A stretch of DNA of 64,000 nucleotides from Microbotryum violaceum (taxonomy: Eukaryota): the NCBI GenBank assembly GCA_001244265.2, contig CDLV01000007.1:62001-126000 (forward strand). Direction: 5' to 3'. Of this stretch, positions 41,086 through 53,779 are shown piece by piece. Below the pieces are notes generated by a model that was not told the DNA's origin, ran no database searches, and saw only the letters and a program-made list of their open reading frames with translations. How positions within the stretch are numbered: the stretch's first letter is position 1; each line of letters starts with the position of its first letter. The translations under genes and the position numbers were made by a program.

Positions 41086-43100
41086 TCATTCATTGGAAAA
41101 ATAGCCTGCACGTTGCTTGTTGCCAAAACCGTCGTCACAGAGTCGGTTCAGCTTGGCTTCAAACACTCGTACAATGAGATCCGGATGGTTGCATGCTTTG
41201 TCGTTCGGCCACAGTGCAGCCTTAATTTCCGTCCATTCGGGAGCGCACGTTACCGTGATGAAAAGCAAAGGCTTTCCATGTTTGACAACGCAGGCCATCG
41301 CATCCTGGTAACGCTGCATGATCCCGCGCGGTCTCTTCTTGAACCTCACGCCTAAAATCACCGAACGTCCAATCTGATCCGGGGTCAAGCCGTTGGCAAC
41401 AGAGTCGTTGATGCCTTGTGCCGTAGTGAAGCGCAGGGTTTTTCTTGATGTAACCGGATGTAGTTGAGACGAACGGTCTCGACTTGGGAGTATCCGTCGA
41501 TCACGAACTCGAAGAAGAGACGCTGGGCGCAATGCGGATTGAGAAATAGTCGTCGTGATCGTGCGAGTAGTACGCACAGGAATGTGAATGCGACGGGTCA
41601 ATTCACCTCGACCGCGTTTCCATGACCTTCTTCATAGATATTCAAACATTCTATGTCAGTCTGTGCTTGCATTTCAACAAAATGGAACACGTGAGAGAGA
41701 GCCGAAGACGCTTATCTTCACCTTGTCCATCACCATTCTCTTCGTTTCCTTTCTCGCGGTCTTCATCCTCATCGTCCCGGTCTTCTTCCTCCTTCGTCTT
41801 TGTCATCCAGACCGAGACCGGCAATTAGCTCGCGCAATCGGACACCATTTCCGCTCTGCTCTCGGTTTCTGGCGATGGGAGGCCCAGCTTGGTTGAACTC
41901 GCAAAGAAGAATGTTGGGGTGGAAGCCATCTGCCCCCGCGGGGAAGAGTAGTGGGTACCGGAGAGGCATCGCGAACGGATGGAGCGAGCTGACGATTTGG
42001 TATACTTGGGCCGACCATCGGGACATCGATCACCGTGCACCTGGAGAATAAGGTATTGCGGTCCACGATCTCCCGTGTTGGTGTCGGAATCGCAGATAAG
42101 CCTCGCCATTTCCGTGCTTGACGGAGGATGGTTGTGGGTGCGTCGGCGTCGGCCTAGTGGTATACAGAGTTGCAGGATCCACTCTTTGGCCATATCCCAA
42201 CCTGCGCGAGCTTTTGTCAATGCAAACAGCCTCACAAAGCAATTGTCGGTACGCAATTTGGACTCGAGCTTGGTCAAGTAGATCTTTGTATGCAACTGTC
42301 TGCGCCGTCAGGTCCCAGTCGAGTGTCGGTGGCCTCGGCCAGGTCGATGAGCCATGTCTGAGCAAAGACTGGGCGTTGATTCACGGCAGCGATCAGGGAA
42401 CCGAGTCGGTGACCGAGGCGACCGAACAGGCGAAACACGGGGGTTCCTCAAGTGCCCAGTCGTGTCTGGTCGAAGTGAGCGGCGAGCGAAGTGAAAGACC
42501 GCGCGGTTTCGTGAAATGCTTTAGCTTCTGTGTAGGTGGGTCGCACAGTTCAGCATGTGGGTCTACTGGAGACGGAAGTTGTTGGACGGAGCAACTGACC
42601 GCTATCGGAGCCTTCAAGTAGCTGTCATACTCGGTATTGGGCTGGGGAGGGAGAGGCAGCTGCACCTTGCCCTGCGAGCAGCACGTGCTAAAGTGTCCGA
42701 TCGACTTTGACCTTTCGCCCTCCCAGTGTCGAGCCATGGGTGCACACGGCCGTCTGGGGGCCGAGGTCGTCGCGGATGGAAATGTTGGGCTTGAGGGGTT
42801 TGAGCGCGATTCGAGGCCTGTGCACTTGCTCTGCGCAGGCAGAGGTGGTGGTGCGGCGTGGGGGTCGCGCGTGAGGCGGGCGAGGGCAAGCCAGGCGAGT
42901 CGAGGCGAGCACTTTCGCCGATTTGCACACTCCAACTCAGGAAACAGTCGCGTTCAGCGTCGGGTCGGTCATCGCGCTGACTCAGTCTCTGACCACGCTG
43001 TCCGTTCTGCACAGCTGCACGGCGGGCTCGTATATGTGTCGCAATACCAAGATCGGTTGGGCTGTTGTCATGGCGCGCGGGGGGGCTGATTCTGTTGATC
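41086..43100 (-). mobile_element. Helitron Rep (N-terminal/HUH region) relic, fragmented
   Basis: ARHWEGER..STCCSQGKVQLP; LRYPLLFPAGADGFH; RYQDAMACVVKHGKPLLFITVTCAPEW..PDLIVRVFEAKL; no PIF1 helicase part seen. Confidence 0.9.
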
Positions 43101-45166
43101 GGAGCGGGACGAAGAGGATGGTCGAGCAGCGGGGTGGGCGCTTGAGCAGGCGTATGCTGATGCCGCCGAAACCGGATCCCGAAACCGGATCGGGCCGAAA
43201 AGACTACCGGCGCGTGCCCACACTTGGTGAGAGCCTTGCGACTCGATCGTCGATTCCTGTCTCGGCGTTTGCACACGAGGGTTTCTCTTTCAAGCGCTGA
43301 AAGCAGGCAGGTTGTGAGGTTTTTTTGTCCTTCCACTCGCTAACACCGACAACTACAGGAAGAGTTTCCTGGGGTAAGAGGTCTATTAAAGGGTCACGAT
43401 CATTGATCTCCGACAAGCTTCGCCGTTGCAGCTCGCAACCGATCGGGAGGCCTGGATGAAATTCCAGCGTTGCTCCTCCAAAGTCTATGAGCGCCCTCGA
43501 GTGCCCCCCGCTGCCTGGGCAGTCGGCGAGAGGCCGTTGAATTTTCTGCTCGTCGGCCTCGTCGCCATCAAACCTTGGCTTGTTTCCTGGGTCTGGAACC
43601 AAAGATGTCCCTCTCTCAAAACCTTAGCTTTTCAGCGCTTACGTTCGTAGACTCCGGTCGAGATTGTCCAGAAGTGAGGTCAACAGGTCCCACGAAGGAG
43701 GGCGATCCTGGCCAGCCTGGGACCAGTTGCACTTCCAATTCGGTCATTCGGCGACTCTTGAGTCCGCCGTGAGGGCTCGTTGCAGCATGTATAACCCTTT
43801 ACCTCTTTTAGCTCCCTGTATGACTAGTTTTCATTCACTCTACACCTCCCCTGAAGTAATCAGATAAACATCGGGGTTTCACTTATAGTTCCTGTAGGAG
43901 GGCATTGCGACGGACTCAAAGGCTGCACTCGCCATGATAAGATCGACGAGGAAGGTCGTCGGCATCCCGACGATCCCGTCACGTGCGTTCGTACCGATGC
44001 CCTTTGACCAAAACCCCAAGCATCACTTTACTCCCGGTAGAGGTGACATATACACTCTTAATGATAGGCGCCTTGATGACGTGGATGGTGATAAGGTCAG
44101 TGTCTCCTACATGGCTTCAATATCCAACCCGACTGCCTCGTCAAGGGCCCCGCCGAGAGGAGCGATTTCGCCGATTGCGAAGGAGACTTCATGAGGCTGA
44201 GTTTTCAAGGACTCCCGGCTGCTGTGATGAAGCATTGAAGCTAAGACTTAAGGTGCCGTCCCAATGATTTGTTCCGAGCTGTTTTCGACTGTACCGAAAC
44301 CTTCGTTTCCTGCGCATTGCAAGTGAGCGGCGGTTCGAACGGATAGTGCGGTGGTGCACGTGATCAGCGATCTAAAGTATCCTCGCCTTGATATTTTCTT
44401 GTTCTCTGATCAAGTCGTCACCCGTCGTGTGCTGAACTTTTCTACGTCCAGGAATATATTAGGTCCCGGAAGCTTCCGAGTTGATGACCAGATCGAGAGG
44501 GCGCAGTGGTCATCGCACGTAAGTTGCGGCCCGCGCTGAACAATTGTGGGGGTGGCATGTGGGGGATTTGCGACGCGTCACGCAAGCGGACGCCGCGCAG
44601 AGCGGAGTCTGACCCCTCGGTCTCACCGTTATACTCGTGACCTCTCGACGCGTACCCAAAACCACTTGGCGTAAACCAGACAAGCCCCCCTTTTTTGGCG
44701 CTAAAGGTGTGAAGACCAAATCAGCGAGCGACTCCAGGCGAGCCTCCAAGATACGCCCACACTCCAATGTCGGCTTTCGCAAGCACTGCAGCCGGGAGTC
44801 TCGGAGCTCCCTCCGGGGAGTCCGACTCGCGGCTTGGGCAATCTTCCCAAAGAGCTGATAAAGGAAGTCAGCCCGGTGTTGAAGCAGAAAGAAAAAGAAA
44901 GGACGAGTACCATCGAATTATGAACACCTGCTGCACTAGGTCTACCCTTCCTGCAGCATGCGTTGCATGCCTCGCTCACCCCGGCCGCTGGTATTGATGG
45001 CTCCGAAAGCATGGATTCGAGACGCTCAAGCTCAAGTTCGGCACACCCGCTGGCGACAGTCTAGTCCGGCGACCTGCCCTGCCACAGGCGGCGGCTCGTC
45101 GCGGCGTCGCTCAAGTCCATTGCCGAGCTGCCAGATCAAGCCCATCCAAGGCCCAAACCCGAATCT

Positions 45167-47592
45167 ATGGCTTGGAACATCGATGCGCCCTCGACCTACA
45201 GAGACCTGCTGCACTGCGTCTACCCCTTCCTCGGCTTGCGTTCGGTGCCTTGCTGCAACTCCGCCAATGGCACCGACAGCACGAACAAGCTCACTTTCGG
45301 CACTCAGCGTGGGCCAGGCGAGCACTTCCTGGGCCATCCCCTGACCAGCATTTGCCATGACTCGTCTATCGCCGACCGAGTTCTTGCAGCGCTCAGCAAA
45401 GGACTAGCAGGCGCTGACAAGCTCGAGTCGACGCTACCCTTCTTGACCCGCGGCCTCCTCGAGAATGATCTTCAACCCAAGCCCTGGATCCATGAAAAAA
45501 CCGGTGCACTCATCGCCTGGTCTAGCATGTTGCATGCCATTCCTACTGAAGTACTCGAAGAATGCCATGATCAGCCTGTCTGCTTTGCAATCCGCTCCTC
45601 GTGGGGCCCACGCGCGAGACTTTCGGATTCAACGTCTTATGCCAAGAACGCATCGGTCTTCAAGCGGGATCGCGCGGATGACCGCGAGAAGGGTGGCCGG
45701 AATGGGATCCCGAATTCGTATGAGGAGATCAAAACCGTAGCATTCCATATACGCATGGCTGACGAGCTCGAGGCTTGCTACTTTGGAGAGGACGGACTCG
45801 AATCCTCGGATCCGCTCGACCTTCGACTGATGACGGTCACTGGCGAGCCGCGCGAACTCCAGGGTGGTTGTGCACTTGCGGCAATGGTAGGAAATCATTC
45901 GCAGAACCAATCAGGATGCTCGCGATAGGTATTGCATTGCTGACCCTCATTTCCTGCCCACCATCTCCAGCTTGCTCTTCATATCCAGCTCACGAAACAC
46001 GCTCGATTCGGCATCGTCTTTGGGCCGCCGTACTTTGTTCTGGTCGAGTTGGGTGCGTCGCCCTGTGACGCCCTTAGGATGGGACCCTGGCGTGCCTAAT
46101 GGTGTTCTTCCGGCTGATTCGACGTTCTTCGTCTTCCTCAGTTGTCGTGGACGGAAGTTCGCACCTGCTCGTCGGCGACTTGCATTCGATCGTACTCGAT
46201 CCCGAGGAACCACGTGCTACGGTGAAGCCGTTCCTCGCGATTCTTCTCGCGCTGTTCATGGATCACTGTGACGACTACCACATCGAGGGACCAGTTCCGC
46301 ACATACTCGATCAGATCGCGGTCTTTTCTCGATCGCTCGATCGTACCTCTCTGGCCCACGATAAAGGGCCCAGGTCGGAACAGCCATCGGATCTCCCTGC
46401 CTCTTCTCAGTCGTTCTGTCGATTTGGCGAGTCGATCGTCACGGCCAATCACTTTCCCGGCCGAGCTGTGAGTGCATCGCTGGTTTCATACCCTCGCGGC
46501 AGGTCAGCTGCCCTAGGCTGGGTCTCTGGCGCTGACCGACTGCGCTTGGATACCTGGACGCCGGTCTAGATCATCTGCGATGCAAACGCGCTCCCAAACT
46601 CTCGCATGCTAGCCAGTCCGATCGAGTTGGAAGCTGAGATGGCGCCTTCTTCGGACACGCCGGCCTCGTCTTCACCGTCAGCTCTCCCATCGGCCAGAAA
46701 GAAGATTTGCCTCGACTCGGATGCGAGCCACCGGTCCAAGCTAGCGACGACTCTACCCAGGGCAATACAGCTCGTATTCAATCGCTCGTCGATGGCACGG
46801 GCCGAGTACTGCCCTGGTCCTCTACTCGACCTCGACTCGACTCCCAGCCTACGACTCGATCTGGTGCGTCGAGTTGGCCATGGGGCGACGAGCGTCGTTT
46901 GGGAGGCCGAGTGGGTGACGCGTGTCGCAGCCAGTTGGCAACCGGAGATCTCGTGCGCCGAGGAGGGGCCTTCGCCTAGCCCACGCACTGGGACGCCACT
47001 CGCGACGACACCAGCGACAACTCCAATATCAACACCAGTGACAACGCCAGCATCTATGTGGGATCCATCGAACACTCCTTACACGTCGCCCGCCTCGAGC
47101 ACGAATTCAGCTGTTGACGGTTCGAGCCCTCCACGGCGGGAGTCGGACAGGGAAAGCTCATTGCCAAGGTGGTGCCGTCCGATTTTGTTGGCTCGGTCGC
47201 AAAGGAATACTTTGTGTACACCTCGATCGTTCCTTTGCTGTCTCCTAAAGCGCGAGGGTACTTCCCGGCTTTCTATGGCCTCTACCGCAGTGGGAGCGAT
47301 GGACACGCCTACGTCTTGGTGATGGAGGATACTGGCTCGGCGATCACGGAGGAACAGCTGGAGTCAGACATCGAGCTCAAAGCCCAGGTCGAGTGAGTCG
47401 GATCAGTCTCCGCGCGATTCGCTTGGGATGTAACTGATGTCTGCCCACTCGTGCACTTGAGCGTACAGTGCCGCGTTGACGCTCATTGCCGACGAGGGTC
47501 TCGTTCACGGGGATCAAGGCGCACGGAATGTGTTGCTTCGACCCGACGGTCGGATCTGTCTCATCGACTGGGGTGAGGCGCAATTGAGATGA
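45167..47592 (+). CDS. Copy A: putative nuclease-fold + minimal protein kinase fusion (5 exons, one frameshift near 47130)
   Basis: Kinase motifs VGHGATSVVW, LIAK, KEYFVY, FPAFYGLY, LVMED, HGDQGARNVLL, LIDWG then stop; N-half LSD...EEIKT...LALHI..RFGIVFGPPYFVL. Introns GT-AG. Confidence 0.75.
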
Positions 47593-47826
47593 ACACATCG
47601 TCTGGACGCTTGTACTTTTGTGATCTTGTAGCTGCTTCAAAACAACGTCCGCAATAAGATTTGACTGGGGTCTCTTCGTGACCAGCTCACTTTTCCGGGC
47701 GCGAAGGTCCTGTGACGTTGAGCCGGTTGTGGACTTGTAGCAAGTCTGGGTTCGTCTATGTCGAAAGCATACACGTGATGTTATTCGAATCGTCAAAGCG
47801 ATGCATAACAAGACACATGCGGCCAA

Positions 47827-48156
47827 TGTCGTTTGATATGTGTCTGTGCCTGTGGTATCTGCGCGGATGCGCGTGCGTTTAGTCATTAGTCACTTTGGTA
47901 TTGTAGTTTGATCTGTTTAAGTTAGGGAGCGCGCGGGGCTTTCTTCCAGCGCGGCTGTTTACTCTTGATAGCTTTCTCATCACTCGCTCTACATTGTGGT
48001 CCTGACTTCTCGGCGTCGTGCACCCTCACCTATCGGAAGGTTAGTTACTGGAATACTTATCATCACTCGCTCTACATTGTGGTCCTGACTTCTCGGCGTC
48101 GTGCACCCTCACCTATCGGAAGGCTTTACTTCCGCGCTCGCATCTTTTCTGCGTTA
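47827..48156 (+). repeat. 5' LTR (330 bp, TG...TA) with internal ~63-bp direct repeat
   Basis: Matches the 3' LTR except one G in a G run; CATCACTCGCTCTAC...TATCGGAAGG occurs twice. Confidence 0.95.
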
Positions 48157-48168
48157 GGTTATGAGTCC
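48157..48168 (+). promoter_or_regulatory. Primer-binding site, copia/Ty5-type (internal region of initiator tRNA-Met)
   Basis: GGTTATGAGTCC abuts the LTR, resembling the GGTTATG.GCC half-tRNAiMet PBS; contains the gag ATG. Confidence 0.75.
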
Positions 48169-51100
48169 AACGGGTAGCGTAGGAGGCCCGGGTCAGCAAA
48201 GCGATTCACATCGCACCACCAACATCGGAATGGACACCGAAACACACTCTACCGAAACGAGTGAACGTGGATTACATGTCCCAATTCTTCGGGCAGCCAA
48301 CTATATGGATTGGCGTCGACGTCTGATTGGTCGTCTTGGGTCCAAGGATTTGCATCTTTGCGCCTCGAGGCGGATGAGCCCGGCTGCGGAGGCTGTTCTC
48401 CAAGCCGCAATCGACGATCGATCGCGTGGCTTCCACTCGCCCCTCGAGCGGCTCGACTTCGCAGCTATGGACGCGAAGATCGCCAAGGAGCTAAAGAAGG
48501 AGGTTCGAACTCAAGCTGAAATCATTCAGTTTCTCGATGAGGCCAATCTTCGCTTGGTCAGGGGTTGTTACACGTCTTACGACATACTCGACTCGCTGAA
48601 CACGTTCTACCTCGGAACGATGAGCGCTCAGATTTCCGCCTTGACGACTGAGCTCTATTCGCGCAAGTTCTCGTCTGGCGATCGTGGGCAGTTACTGCAC
48701 CACTTGATCACCATTCATGGAATTTTGCAAGATCTTGAGGCGTGTGGCTCTGGGATGCCACCAGCTCAGCAATCGACGCTGATGCTCGATTCCGTCTTCG
48801 ACTCGCAACACGAGTCGTTCACAAGCTCACTGCGTCGACCTCTGGCTCTACCTTCGGAGATTGTTTCCGAGGCACGGTCTTACCAGTTCAAAGTCTCGCT
48901 GGCAAGTCGAATCAATGGACTATCTGCCACGACTTCCGGACGCGCCATTGCTCAGTCGCCTGTTCCTGCGCTCGTTGCGCAAGGCGAATCGCAAAAGGGA
49001 CCGCGTCGCAAAAGAGGTCACAAGAAAGGCAATCGCGACGGTCAAGGAAATCGCCGTCCTCCCGATTCTACCTGTCATGCGTGTGGAGCGAAGGGACACT
49101 GGTCTAGCGATGCAGTGTGCCCGGAAAACCGTTCAAAGTCATCTGCAGCCCCCGCGTTGGTTGCAATGAACTCCCATTCCCTTTACCTTGCTGGTTCTTC
49201 CTCGAGAGCTCCCGATACCGACTCCGTTTGGATCGCGGATACCGGAGCTGGTCACCACTTTGTTGGCGATCGCTCGCTGCTCTCGGATTTTAAGGAATCC
49301 CCGATTCAAGTCCAGATGGCCGACAACTCGCTTGGTCAAGCCATTGGATACGGGCGAATGTCTGTTAAGACTTCGCAAGGTCACCTTCTCAAATTCAAGG
49401 AGATGTACTACCTCCCTGGATCGAGGTATGGTCTAATCTCAATGTCGTCGCTCCGCGCTGGAGGCGCGAAATTGGTTTATGGCCATGGGGGAGATACTCA
49501 ACAGGTTTGGCTTGACGGCTCTCTCGTCGCCGAAACTGTCAAGACGAAGGCCAAACAACCAAGTTACGTCTTCGATTTTGAGATTGTCTCTCCACCCTCG
49601 CCTGTGCTCGTCGCATCTACCCGTGCTTCCGTTGGAGCTTCGCTCATGGAATGGCATCGGAACTTCGGACACATGGCACCCTCTTCAATTCTTCAACTCG
49701 TCAAATCCAAGGCTATCGTTGGAATTCGTTTACTCGACAAGAAGATTGAAGACTGTGAGCCGTGCATTATCGCGAAGGCGCGCGCGGGCTCTCACAATCA
49801 TGTCAGTCGAAAAACCCGAACTTGTTCTTCAACGGGTTTCGATTGATCTGGGATTCGTCAACGATGACGATACCAATGGACGATCCATCTACATGGTTAT
49901 CGTCGACCAACTTTCAACCTATAAGTGGGCTTTTCCACTTGGTTCGAAGTCGGCATCTGAAGTCCTCGAGGTCTGGCGCGGCTTTCAAGCGCAGGTCGAG
50001 AGGCAGTCCGGTCAGAAGATCAAGTTTGTTCGTTCTGACAATGGAGGCGAGTTCGTCAACCAACTCCTTGGCGGCGAATTCAAGGCACTTGGCATCACCA
50101 TGAACTGGCTGCACGCTACACGCCGCAGCAGAATGGTCAAGTGGAGCGCGCGAACGGCTCTCTCTTCGCGCTCGTCCGTGCCATGCTCAAGGACTCCGGA
50201 CTTCCCAAGAAGTATTGGTTCTACGCATTGGAAGCGGCTGTTTTCGTTTCCAACCGCGGTCCTCACCCACATCTCAAGGGCAAGACTGCGTTCGAGGTCT
50301 TCTTTGGCAAGCAACCCGACGTTTCGCATCTTCGCGCGTTCGGATCTACTGCCTACGTTCTCGTCCCCAAGGCGATTCGTAAGAAGCTCGATGACCATAC
50401 TGTCAAGGGTACTTTCCTCGGCTATTCGGGGGAGTACAACTACAAGGTTCGCGTCGAACACGGTCGGTCTTTCAAGATCGTCGCCTCTTCCGATGTCACC
50501 TTCTCCGACAAGGCTCCTTCGATTGCGGACTCGGCTGTCGAGCCTCGCATCTACGAAGTTGAACCTCTACAGGAACACGAGTTAGTACACCAACTACCGT
50601 TTCCTGGCTTGGAGCAGATTCCGGCTTTACGGCCTGCTCCCCTACCCGAGGCAGGTTTGGCTTTTCAGCCTGCGCTCTTTCCCGAGGCAGAAGTTCCGGC
50701 TTTACGGCCTGCGCTCGTACCCGAGCTTGGTCCGGCTTTTCGGCCAGCTCCCGCTCCTCTTCCTCGTTTCCAACATATGGACGATGACGACGTTGCTCCT
50801 CCTCCTTTCCCGGCTGTCGGTCCATTGGCCGAAGACGCTGAAGTTGAAGAGGACCCGATCGATCATCGACGCGAGGAAGCTGTTGAGGCTATCGGCAGTG
50901 ACGACGACGACAGCCCTGCGGAACACGATCAACCATTACCTCCTGAGGATGGTTACGAGTATCGACCTTACCGTGTCGGCCGCAACCCTGGTGCGCTCGA
51001 GAACGTCGATGCAGGTAACATTTTACCGACTCGCCTGCGTGCTCAGCATCACACAGGCGCCCTTCGTGTCGTGTCTACTCGCTCGGTCTACCGTCATCCA

Positions 51101-53014
51101 CCAGAGCTCATTGCTATGGTTTCGTCTCGTCACCCCCGCTTCCCAAGAATTTTGTGGAGGCGATGGCCTCTCCTGAGGCCAAACACTGGATGGCCGCTTC
51201 TGAAAAGGAGTTGGGCTCATTCAAATTGCACAAGGTCTTCAAGCTTACGAGGCTACCCACCGGGGCTCGCGCCCTGGGCTATCGTTGGGTGTTCACTCGC
51301 AAAGAAGACGCTGAAGGCAATATCATCAGCTACAAGGCTCGGCTCGTTATCCAAGGCTTCGCTCAACGACTTGGGATCAACTACAACGAGACGTTTGCTC
51401 CTGTCTCGTCGATCACGACGATTTTGTTTCTCATTGCCATCTCTGCCGCTCTCGACTCGTCCTCGAACAGTTTGACTATGATTCTGCGTTTCTCAACGGG
51501 ATCATGGAGGAGGATGTCTACATGAAGATTCCTGAAGGATGGACTGGTGGCTCTCAGCCCGGTCACGCTCTCAAGCTCCTTAAATCTATGTACGGCACCA
51601 AGCAGGCTCCTCGGCAATGGAACGCGGCTCTCCACAAGCTGATGACGGATCGCGGCTATACGCGCTCCAATGTCGATGCTTGTCTGTACTTCAAGTATCA
51701 TGGCAAGTCGTTCGCAATCATCACTTTGTACGTTGATGATGGGCTTGCTGCATCGAACAACCAGGCTTTTCTGGACTCCGAGATTTCGGCTTTCGATGCG
51801 GTCTACAAGCTCAAGCGACTTGGCCCGGTCAAGACGTTCCTCGGTCTCGAGTTTATTCGTACCAAGGATTTCATCTTTGTCCACCAGTCTAAGTACATTA
51901 GAGGCTTACTCGAGCACTACACGTTCGAAAGCAAGTCGAAGAAGCCGGTCGCGACTCCAATGGAGGATCGCGTCGTTTCGTCTTCTACTGCTCCGTTCGC
52001 CAACATTCTCGTTTATCAATCGGCTGTGGGAGCGCTTCAATATGCTGCGCAACGTGTTCGTCCCGATATCGCGACTGCTGTTCGTGCGGTGGCGAAGTGC
52101 GTGGCTGCTCCAACCGAAGGAGACTGGATCTGCGTCAAGCGAATCTTTCGCTATCTTTCTGACACCGTCGACTATGGGCTACTCTACCGCGTAGGCGGTT
52201 CTACCAAATTCGAGGTGTACAGTGACGCGTCGTTTGGTTGCGATCACGACAACGGAAGATCTGTGGGAGCGTATGTCGTCATTATGGCTGGCGCTGCCAT
52301 TTCCTGGAAGTCGAAGCAACAAACGATGGTCGCTTCTTCTACAGCAGAGTCTGAGACTCTGGCTGCTTCAACCGCAGCAGAGAAAGCTATCAAGAGTAAA
52401 CAGCCGCGCTGGAAGAAAGCCCGCGCGCTCCCTAACTTAAACAGATCAAACTACAATACCAAAGTGACTAATGACTAAACGCACGCGCATCCGCACAGAT
52501 ACCACAGGCACAGACACATATCAAACGACACTCCCCATGCCAAGGTAGCCAGCGAGACCATCCCGAGTCCCTCGCGATGCGTAGCGAACTTGAGTTTGGG
52601 CAGGGGTTTCGTGAAAATGTCGGCCGTGTTCAGATTGGTCGGACAGTAGCGGAGATCGGTCTTCGCAACCTGGCGTCCGAACTTCGCATCAATCAAGGTC
52701 AATCTACTGTTCTGCACGAGGACAACCAACCTTGCATCGATTTGGCGAAGAATCCCGGAGCTCGAGGTCGTACACGCCATTGGAATGTGCATCATTTCTA
52801 TCTACGCGAACGAATCGAGGTTGGCGATATCGATCTCCGCTACTGTCCGACCAATCTGAACACGGCCGACATTTTCACGAAACCCCTGCCCAAACTCAAG
52901 TTCGCTACGCATCGCGAGGGACTCGGGATGGTCTCGCTGGCTACCTTGGCATGGGGAGTGTCGTTTGATATGTGTCTGTGCCTGTGGTATCTGCGCGGAT
53001 GCGCGTGCGTTTAG
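48161..53014 (+). pseudogene. Copia gag-pol, about 4 frameshifts plus an inverted insertion in RNase H
   Basis: CHACGAKGHW knuckle, WIADTGA protease, [56 protein letters not shown]. Confidence 0.9.
52380..52658 (-). repeat. 279-bp inverted copy of 52831-53109 (pol end, PPT, start of 3' LTR)
   Basis: Reverse-complement match with one mismatch seen; interrupts AASTAA|GLRNLASEL. Confidence 0.95.
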
Positions 53015-53287
53015 TCATTAGTCACTTTGGTATTGTAGTTTGATCTGTTTAAGTTAGGGAGCGCGCGGGCTTTCTTCCAGCGCGGCTGTTTACTCTTGAT
53101 AGCTTTCTCATCACTCGCTCTACATTGTGGTCCTGACTTCTCGGCGTCGTGCACCCTCACCTATCGGAAGGTTAGTTACTGGAATACTTATCATCACTCG
53201 CTCTACATTGTGGTCCTGACTTCTCGGCGTCGTGCACCCTCACCTATCGGAAGGCTTTACTTCCGCGCTCGCATCTTTTCTGCGTTA
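52959..53287 (+). repeat. 3' LTR (329 bp)
   Basis: Preceded by GGGGAG, followed by TSD GCCAA. Confidence 0.95.
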
Positions 53288-53779
53288 GCCAAGAGCCTTT
53301 ACTTCGCAGCATCGTCGTTGGTCCGCTCGGCGCTTGAGCATTAAAGCCGAGGTCTACCTCCACTTGTCTGGGGCCGCGACCGATACATTCTACTGATCTT
53401 CCACAGGAGGGGATTACCGTGCCCCATGAAGTCGAGCCATAAGCATACCACCAGCGAAAAGAAAGCGTGGGAGCGGCGAACAATACGCCATTCGACTCCT
53501 TTTTTCGGTATTTGGAGCCTTGGCACTGGCGCCCCTGTCGAAAGTGTTTCGTGACCGCAGGGGGGAAGCTGACGCGCGCGGGCGAGGAACATCGCGCTGC
53601 GGTAATGCGCAATCGACGATCACCTCGCACTGGCAGTGCGCCTCGCCCTTGCTTCGCTTCATTTCGTCTGGTATCTGCTACACAGTAAGTACGTCCGAAA
53701 AACACAGCTCTTCTCACCGTCGTTCTTTCGCCTGATTACTCCGAGTCGGCATGTCCTTGCTCATTTCCACTCAGACGAG

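Larger units (their letters stand above)
47827..53287 (+). mobile_element. Full-length young Ty1/Copia LTR retrotransposon with GCCAA target-site duplication
   Basis: LTRs 47827-48156 and 52959-53287; GCCAA at 47822-47826 and 53288-53292; PBS and GGGGAG PPT; all pol domains present. Confidence 0.97.

Noticed and set aside
43200..44990. Several short ORFs between the Helitron relic and copy A
   Set aside because: No recognisable domain or consistent exon chain.
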